From an uncultured Mycoplasmatota bacterium (GTDB lineage: Bacteria > Bacillota_I > Bacilli_A > RF39 > UBA660): a stretch of DNA of 64,000 bases. Both the position numbers and the translations under genes were made by a program. Location of the stretch: the NCBI GenBank assembly GCA_900546745.1, contig URDT01000002.1, positions 466-64,465 on the forward strand. Reading direction: 5' to 3'. The stretch's first letter is position 1; each line of letters begins with the position of its first letter. This document shows positions 58,193 through 64,000 of this stretch, piece after piece. The notes beneath the pieces are model-generated. The model was not told the origin of the DNA. It made no database searches and saw only the letters and a list, made by a program, of their open reading frames with translations.

Positions 58193-58855
58193 ATGAATAA
58201 AGTAGAAATGAGAAAAGTCTTAGCTAATAATCTTGTAGCATTATTAGACTATAAAAAGATATCAAGAAAGAATATTGCTGATGATCTTAAACTATCTTAT
58301 ACAAAGGTATGTGATTGGACAAGAGCTAGAACTTACCCAAGTGAAATTGAATTAGGAAAGTTAGCTAATTATTTGGAGACTACTGTTGAACAATTAACTG
58401 ATGGAGATTCATTAATTAATGACAATGGTTTTGAACCTGAACAATCATCAAAAAAAGCCAAGATATCTGTAATAGATATTGGCTCTGAAGAATGGATTAT
58501 TCACCCTGTTGATTATGAATGGGTTTCTACTAAATACTTAACACCAGAAACAGGATATTTGATGTTTGATGTTGTTGATGATTTAATGTCACCTAAATAT
58601 GATATTGGCGATACTGTATTAGTTGAATTTCTAAATAATAAATCAATTAAAGAAGATGGTGATTATTTAGTTAAATTAAAAGAATATGATTCTTGGTTAT
58701 TCATTCATATTTATGTAAAAAAAGATGGCTACTTAGTTGCACCACTTAATAACAATAATTCAAAATCAATCTTGCCTAGATTTTATACAAAGAAAGAATT
58801 TACAGAAAGTGCTACACAACCTCATAAGGCTATAAGGGTTTCTAAAAATATATAA
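58193..58855 (+). CDS. CI-like repressor: XRE HTH plus S24/LexA-like C-terminal domain
   Basis: HTH ISRKNIADDLKLSYTKVCDWTRARTYP. The C-terminal VVDDLMSPKYDIGDTVLV...DGDYLV resembles the S24 peptidase fold. ATG 58193 follows a GGAGGTAGG RBS. Confidence 0.7.
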   Translation: MNKVEMRKVLANNLVALLDYKKISRKNIADDLKLSYTKVCDWTRARTYPSEIELGKLANYLETTVEQLTDGDSLINDNGFEPEQSSKKAKISVIDIGSEEWIIHPVDYEWVSTKYLTPETGYLMFDVVDDLMSPKYDIGDTVLVEFLNNKSIKEDGDYLVKLKEYDSWLFIHIYVKKDGYLVAPLNNNNSKSILPRFYTKKEFTESATQPHKAIRVSKNI

Positions 58856-58902
58856 AAAAAAATCTCGTACTGGAATACGAGATCAATCAGAAATACCGTT
58901 TG

Positions 58903-58924
58903 TTAGAGTCTGAGAAACTTTAAA
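58903..58924. repeat. 22-nt inverted repeat, right arm
   Basis: TTAGAGTCTGAGAAACTTTAAA; see 57814-57835. Confidence 0.8.
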
Positions 58925-59037
58925 CAAATAAACATTATATAAATACAATGTAATGGGATTTCCTAAATTAATTATACCATTTTTATATAATATTACAAGT
59001 TTTTAACGGTATTTCCTTTGTAGAAAGGAATTTTTAT

Positions 59038-60159
59038 ATGGGTGTGTATAAAGATAATAGGCCTACGAAAGATGGTAAAATATGGTTTTATAAGACACAA
59101 TATGAAGATATTGATGGTACTCATAAAACTAAGAAATCAGGTAGATATGCAACTAAAAAAGAAGCAGAAGATGCTGAGTTTGAATTTAAATTAAAACTAA
59201 GGGAATACGAAAATACTAATAATGTTACTTTTGAAGAAATGATTAGGATGTTTATTGATTTTAGAAAAGATAAAGTTAAAGAGAATACATTATATGGTTA
59301 TAATAACAAATTACCTTATTTAAAATCATTATATAAAGTTAAACTTAAAGATTTTAACTACCCTACTTTTGAAAGATGGCATGATGAAATAAATAGTACA
59401 CATCTTGCTACAAGAACTAAAAATGACATATATAAGTTATTAAAAACTATTTTGAATTATGCTACTGCATGGCATGAATTTAACTTCGCTAAGGTATACC
59501 CTAAAATGTATAACTTTAATGATCCTAATGAATTCCCTAAAGAGCAATTATTTTTCACTTATGAAGAATTTAAACAATTTCTTTCGGTTGAAACTGATAT
59601 CAAATGGATTGGTATTTTTGAGATATTATATTACTGTGGATTAAGACGTGGAGAGCTTAGAGGATTACAATGGAAAGATATCAATTTTAAAGATAGAACT
59701 TTGAGTATAACCAAGCAAATTAATGATCGTTGTGGATCAGTTAAAAATTGGCGATTCTCGGTTCCAAAAACTAAAAGTAGTATAAAAATATTAAAGATGC
59801 CACAAGTCCTCACAAATGACCTTAAAACAATGAAAAATGAGGCAGAAAAGTCACCTGGATTTAATAATGATTTCTTCGTAGCTGGAGATATGTTTCCTGT
59901 ATGTAGCAATACACTTACTAATCATAAAAATGTTAATTGTAAATTAGCAGATGTCAAACAGATTCGATTGCATGATTTCAGACATTCTTGTGCTTCTCTT
60001 CTGGTTAATAAAGGAGCTAATGTTCAAGTTGTAGCAAAATACTTAGGTCATACAAAAGTCGAAGAAACTTTAAAAACTTATTCACACCTATTTACAAGTA
60101 CTTTAGATGAAGTTGTTGCAGTAATAGATAATTTAGATAACAATAAAACCGAGGATTAG
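59038..60159 (+). CDS. int: tyrosine site-specific integrase with N-terminal arm-type DNA-binding domain
   Basis: N-terminal GKIWFYKTQYEDIDG..K.KKSGRYATKKEAEDAE (AP2/Tn916-Int-like). Catalytic GLRRGEL, HDFRHS, LGHTKVEETLKTYSHL. Confidence 0.9.
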   Translation: MGVYKDNRPTKDGKIWFYKTQYEDIDGTHKTKKSGRYATKKEAEDAEFEFKLKLREYENTNNVTFEEMIRMFIDFRKDKVKENTLYGYNNKLPYLKSLYKVKLKDFNYPTFERWHDEINSTHLATRTKNDIYKLLKTILNYATAWHEFNFAKVYPKMYNFNDPNEFPKEQLFFTYEEFKQFLSVETDIKWIGIFEILYYCGLRRGELRGLQWKDINFKDRTLSITKQINDRCGSVKNWRFSVPKTKSSIKILKMPQVLTNDLKTMKNEAEKSPGFNNDFFVAGDMFPVCSNTLTNHKNVNCKLADVKQIRLHDFRHSCASLLVNKGANVQVVAKYLGHTKVEETLKTYSHLFTSTLDEVVAVIDNLDNNKTED

Positions 60160-60177
60160 TCTTATCGGTTATTTTTA
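60147..60177. terminator. bidirectional hairpin between convergent int and nuclease genes
   Basis: AACCGA / TCGGTT stem with a 12-nt loop, followed by ATTTTTAT. Confidence 0.5.
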
Positions 60178-61614
60178 TACCTTAGAAATTATTAAATTTG
60201 TTTTTTCTTGAAGCACATTTAAAAATTCTTTATGTGCATGTTCATAACACTTTAATGCTCTGATAATATCTCCATCTTTTATAGGTAAAATCAACCCATG
60301 TTCATCTAGGTAAGCATCTGAACAACTATTAATAAACTTATCATATTTATTAATTGTCCTACATGATAATAAGCCTATTTGTCCTCTTCTTGTGCTAAAT
60401 CTTCCAAGTAACTGATCCAATTCTGGATTTTGCGGATCATTCTTATAGTTTTTACATTCGATTATTATTTGTGGACTTGTCATCTTAATCTTGTCTGATA
60501 TTACTGCAAAATAACCAGTTTCAGCTATATTCGAAAAGATAATATCTATTCTTTTTCTTCCATCATGGATTTTTTCCTCTTTTCGTGGATTAGATAAATC
60601 TGGATATGTTAAGAACTCATATATTCCTATCATTAAGTTATGATAATCAGAAGCACTATCTGTTCCAACTGGAATGGATTTTAATTTTTCTATCATGTAA
60701 TTACATACATCTTCATAATTAACCTCAGTCAATAGTTCTCCGTTCATACAATTAGTATTCTTGTTTTTGCTCTTAAAATTACAAAAAATTTCTGGATGTT
60801 TTATTGTAAAATCCAAGATATATTTTTTATCCATCACTGGTTCTTTTTCAATAATAGACTTTTTTGTAACATATCTTTCTTTTGTTGTTTTTCTAATTTT
60901 CACCAAAGATGTTTCGTTTTCAATATTTTCCTTTTGTAGAAAATTTAAAATAAAATGTTGTCTATATTTTGATGGTGTATATGTTTCACAAAAGCTTATA
61001 ATTGATTTTGGTACTAATAATACAGGTGAATTGTTTACTACTAACCTATCAATGTATTTATTTTCCCATTTGTGGGTTTCCATATTCCAATAATATCCTG
61101 ATGGTACATTTTTAGTAAGAGGAATATTATTTAATTCGCATTGTTCAATTGTATAATCTAAGAGTTTTATTCTGATAATATTTGTTATTAAATCTGATAA
61201 TTTATCTCTGTCTATATTTTCAATAAATATTCTCAAGTCTTCAATATTTTCTAATACACCATATTCGATAGCCTTACTATTCTTTAATTGCGTAAAAATA
61301 TCCAAGGTACCACTTTGTCCAATACCTTTCCCTCTTGATTTATTCTTTGATAATCCAAGATGTGTTTCATTTACTTCGCCTATTCTGGTACAAATCATTC
61401 TTGCTTTATCATCCATATTGTTTTTTAACAGACCAATTAAATATGAGAAGAAATCTTGTAACAAGTCGTTACATGCCACTGTAAAATCAGAGTTACATTT
61501 TGCTATTAACGTTGAATCAACAAATAAAGGAATATCTTTTTCAGTATCAATATTTACAAAATCTAATTCTAATTGTGTTTTATTCAAATTATAAATATTA
61601 CTAATTGTTGCCAT
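60175..61614 (-). CDS. large protein with C-terminal Mrr-like PD-(D/E)xK nuclease domain; N-terminal ~340 aa unassigned
   Basis: D357 (KRIDIIF), E386-x-K388 (IIIECKNY), followed by ELDQLLGRFSTRRGQIGLLSCR, a pattern like the Mrr_cat restriction endonuclease fold. Confidence 0.6.
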   Translation of the reverse strand: MATISNIYNLNKTQLELDFVNIDTEKDIPLFVDSTLIAKCNSDFTVACNDLLQDFFSYLIGLLKNNMDDKARMICTRIGEVNETHLGLSKNKSRGKGIGQSGTLDIFTQLKNSKAIEYGVLENIEDLRIFIENIDRDKLSDLITNIIRIKLLDYTIEQCELNNIPLTKNVPSGYYWNMETHKWENKYIDRLVVNNSPVLLVPKSIISFCETYTPSKYRQHFILNFLQKENIENETSLVKIRKTTKERYVTKKSIIEKEPVMDKKYILDFTIKHPEIFCNFKSKNKNTNCMNGELLTEVNYEDVCNYMIEKLKSIPVGTDSASDYHNLMIGIYEFLTYPDLSNPRKEEKIHDGRKRIDIIFSNIAETGYFAVISDKIKMTSPQIIIECKNYKNDPQNPELDQLLGRFSTRRGQIGLLSCRTINKYDKFINSCSDAYLDEHGLILPIKDGDIIRALKCYEHAHKEFLNVLQEKTNLIISKV

Positions 61615-61615
61615 A

Positions 61616-62242
61616 TTACCTCACTTTTGACCACTGACAATCATCATCTTCTGGAATTTGATCTATACTAGCAGGTCTTATTATTTCATTAACTTTATAT
61701 AGTTCCATTAACATATCCTTAGTTTCTTCAATGGAAATATTAAAATTATTAGCAATTTCTTTAGTAGTAGTAGCATAATTCATACAAATATATTTATATA
61801 TTTCATCTAAATTAACTATACTTGAACTAATTAACTGTGATTCCCCTGTTTCTAAATAATTCAAAAAATTAAGTGTATTGATTATGCAATTGACAACATA
61901 TAAAGATTCCTCATTTGATAAAACATTATTATCATGTGCATAACTTTTATTATTTCTTATATCATTAAACTTTTCAAAAATGGATATAGATTGTTTTAAT
62001 GCTTGAATACTAAATTCACTAATTTGATTTTCACTTGAATAATACTTTATTAGCATGCCCATTAAACTATGTAAAGGTAGTCCTTCATTTTTATCATTTA
62101 AAATATCAATATTATGCAATAAACAATAACTTCTAATTTTTTTGATAGTAAAAGTATGTAATCGATCTAATGCAAGTACCGCTTCACCATCTGCTAAAGA
62201 TTTTCTTATGTCTTTCTTTAATTTTTCCAATTGTGCATCCAT
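61616..62242 (-). CDS. HEPN (Abi_C-like) domain protein with C-terminal winged-helix-like region
   Basis: Helical N-terminal domain with R96-x6-H103 (FNDIRNNKSYAHD; DNA 61934-61957). C-terminal YATTTKEIANNFNISIEETKDMLMELYKVNEII looks like a wHTH. Confidence 0.55.
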   Translation of the reverse strand: MDAQLEKLKKDIRKSLADGEAVLALDRLHTFTIKKIRSYCLLHNIDILNDKNEGLPLHSLMGMLIKYYSSENQISEFSIQALKQSISIFEKFNDIRNNKSYAHDNNVLSNEESLYVVNCIINTLNFLNYLETGESQLISSSIVNLDEIYKYICMNYATTTKEIANNFNISIEETKDMLMELYKVNEIIRPASIDQIPEDDDCQWSKVR

Positions 62243-62263
62243 GTAATATCCTCCTTATAAAAG

Positions 62264-62293
62264 AAAAAATTCTATACTTTAAATTGTATAGAA
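62264..62293 (-). terminator. terminator/attenuator-like hairpin immediately upstream of the HEPN gene RBS
   Basis: Minus strand TTCTATAC-aatttaaa-GTATAGAA followed by T6, ending about 8 nt upstream of the AAGGAGGA RBS. Confidence 0.6.
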
Positions 62294-62360
62294 CTCTATG
62301 ATTACATTATACTACTTTATCTCTCAAATGTCTGCAATAATCATGCAATTTTAACAAAAA

Positions 62361-62383
62361 TTGTTCCCGAGTTGTTCCCAAGA
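62361..62383 (+). repeat. island-flanking direct repeat DR2, right copy
   Basis: TTGTTCCCgagTTGTTCCCAAGA. Confidence 0.75.
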
Positions 62384-62432
62384 ATTATTTTCAATTTTAC
62401 ATATGCCCGCAAACCCTTATAAAATGGGCATA

Positions 62433-62467
62433 AAAAATGAGAGCACGGTTAAATGCTCTCTTCAGGG
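62433..62467 (-). terminator. recG rho-independent terminator = direct repeat DR1, right copy
   Basis: Minus strand CCCTGAAGAGAGCatttaaccgtGCTCTCATTTTT; first hairpin + T-run downstream of the recG stop. Confidence 0.7.
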
Positions 62468-62563
62468 GGTTTTGGTATACACTCTCAACTGTTATCGTAA
62501 GAGTGTATGCGTGAATACCATCACGCTATTATCATTATAAATGCTTTGTCGTAAAAAGTCAAA

Positions 62564-64000
62564 TTAATCTAAATCAATGGAATTTTCAATATATTGAATT
62601 AGTTCTGTAGAATCATTATTCTTTAAATAAATTTCACTGTCTTCTTTTGCTTTTAGTAAAATAGGATAATCATTTTTTAGATTAGCTAATTTAAATACCA
62701 TATCTCCACTCTGTCTTAAACCAAATAAATCTCCACTTCCACGCAATAAAAAATCTTCTTCACTAATCTTAAATCCATCATTTGTTTTTGTTAAAATATT
62801 TAGTCTTTCTGTTTCTCGATTACTAATTAAAATACAATAAGATTGAAGTTTATTTCTACCAACTCTACCCCTTAATTGATGTAAAGCGGAAAGTCCAAAA
62901 CGGAAACTGTCAAAAATAACCATCATTGTGGCATTGGCTACATCAATTCCTACTTCGATTACAGTTGTACTAATCAATATTTGAATTTTATTTTCCTTAA
63001 AATCATTCATAATAGCTTCTTTTTCTGAATTTATCATTTTACCATGCAAAACGCCAATTTTGTATAGTTTACCAAAAGCTTTATTCATATTTTCTTCCAA
63101 TTCAAATACATTTTTTAAATCACTCTTATCACTCTCTTCTATTAAAGGAGCAATAATGTAAGCTTGATGTCCTTTCTTTAGCTCTCCATAAATACTTGTT
63201 AATACATCTTTCATTTCACTTTCTTTTTTCAAAGTTGTTATAATTTCCTTTTTACCATTTGGTACAGTTTTAATAGAAGAAATATCCATATCCCCATAAA
63301 GTGTTAAAGCATATGTCCTTGGGATTGGAGTAGCACTCATATATAAAATATCTGGTGTAATACCCTTATTTTTTAAATTACTTCTTTGATTAACACCAAA
63401 TCGGTGTTGTTCATCTGTAATCACAAGTCCTAAATTTTTATATAGAACTTCTTCAGAAAATAAAGCATGTGTACCTACTATAAAATCAATTGTTCCATCT
63501 TGTAATTTTTGATATAATTCTCTTTTTTCTTTTGCTTTTAATTTACCCGTTAAAAGTCCAATTTTAATATCATAATCTTTCAATAAATTTTTTAAATTTT
63601 CATAATGTTGGATAGCTAAAATTTCAGTAGGAGCCATTAAAGCACTTTGATATCCACTTAAATAATTAATAAACATACTAATAATTGCTACAATTGTTTT
63701 ACCACTACCAACATCACCTTGTAATAAACGATTCATTCTTTTTTCATTTATTAGATCATGATATATATCATCAATAGCTTTCAGTTGATCACTAGTTAGA
63801 GAAAATGGTAAAGAATTAATAAATTTTTGTACACTATCATAATCTACATTTCTTTGTAATCCAATTTTATTTTTTTTATTATTTTTTAAATAATTCATTT
63901 TTAACATAAATAAAAATAACTCTTCATATTTTAATCGATTAATAGATTTTTTAAATTCTTTGATATTTCTTGGATCATGAACATTTTCTATAGCTTTCAT
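62564..64000 (-). CDS. recG: ATP-dependent DNA helicase RecG, C-terminal ~478 aa (N-terminus beyond the window)
   Basis: Helicase motifs GDVGSGKT, DEQHRFG, SATPIPRT, QLRGRVGR and the TRG-like C-terminus. The Met at 64000 is coincidental. Confidence 0.92.
   Translation of the reverse strand: MKAIENVHDPRNIKEFKKSINRLKYEELFLFMLKMNYLKNNKKNKIGLQRNVDYDSVQKFINSLPFSLTSDQLKAIDDIYHDLINEKRMNRLLQGDVGSGKTIVAIISMFINYLSGYQSALMAPTEILAIQHYENLKNLLKDYDIKIGLLTGKLKAKEKRELYQKLQDGTIDFIVGTHALFSEEVLYKNLGLVITDEQHRFGVNQRSNLKNKGITPDILYMSATPIPRTYALTLYGDMDISSIKTVPNGKKEIITTLKKESEMKDVLTSIYGELKKGHQAYIIAPLIEESDKSDLKNVFELEENMNKAFGKLYKIGVLHGKMINSEKEAIMNDFKENKIQILISTTVIEVGIDVANATMMVIFDSFRFGLSALHQLRGRVGRNKLQSYCILISNRETERLNILTKTNDGFKISEEDFLLRGSGDLFGLRQSGDMVFKLANLKNDYPILLKAKEDSEIYLKNNDSTELIQYIENSIDLD

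Larger units (their letters stand above)
50731..62467. mobile_element. about 11.7 kb integrative island with a PICI-like int/repressor/cro/rep/ori backbone and defence cargo, inserted at the recG terminator
   Basis: Tyrosine integrase, divergent repressor/cro, rep plus iterons, RM genes. Flanked by two sets of direct repeats (50731-50759/62433-62467 and 50866-50888/62361-62383). Confidence 0.7.

Noticed and set aside
58861-58890. Hairpin ATCTCGTA..TACGAGAT after the repressor gene as its terminator
   Set aside because: The T-run lies on the opposite (minus) strand and only an A-run precedes the hairpin on the plus strand. Its function as the repressor terminator is therefore doubtful.
62470-62520. 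Hairpin ATACACTCT..AGAGTGTAT between recG and its terminator as a small RNA or riboswitch
   Set aside because: It is a single stem without flanking conserved motifs that I recognise and has no T-run. Most likely it is part of the recG 3' UTR.
63998-64000. ATG at the window edge as the recG start
   Set aside because: RecG proteins have about 200 aa (wedge domain) before the helicase motifs. The ORF is simply cut by the window.

Overview
Strongly AT-rich chromosomal segment from a low-GC Firmicute. The lineage is anaerobe-like and probably spore-forming (SpoVS, YjcZ-type tiny membrane proteins, BclA-like collagen proteins, rubrerythrin/PerR). About 80% of the window is minus-strand core genes: fhs, ezrA, rpsD, a Phe T-box leader driving esterase-pheS-pheT, der, engB, sodA, cadC-cadA, tRNA-Thr(CGU), prsA-like, recX, ssb, perR-rbr-sufU-x-sufB, spoVS, NfeD/SPFH, csoR-copA-copZ fused to a cysteine desulfurase/TtcA pair, and 5'-truncated recG. 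Accessory content: (1) An orphan 1026-aa prepilin-like protein built of Cys-rich repeats. (2) A glycosyltransferase plus two BclA-like collagen paralogues. (3) A decayed pepF. (4) An ISL3 relic that truncates a beta-helix gene. (5) A cohesin/dockerin pair whose dockerin protein looks frameshift-split. (6) An ~11.7 kb integrative island (about 50.7-62.5 kb) inserted at the recG terminator. The island has a PICI-like backbone (int, CI-like repressor, Cro-like, DUF3173-like, rep, phased iterons). Its cargo is a three-methyltransferase RM operon and, between int and the right junction, a tightly coupled pair: a HEPN(Abi_C-like)-wHTH protein and a large Mrr-like PD-(D/E)xK nuclease. That pair is my best candidate for an undescribed defence system. 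All family calls come from motifs read by eye; no searches were run.
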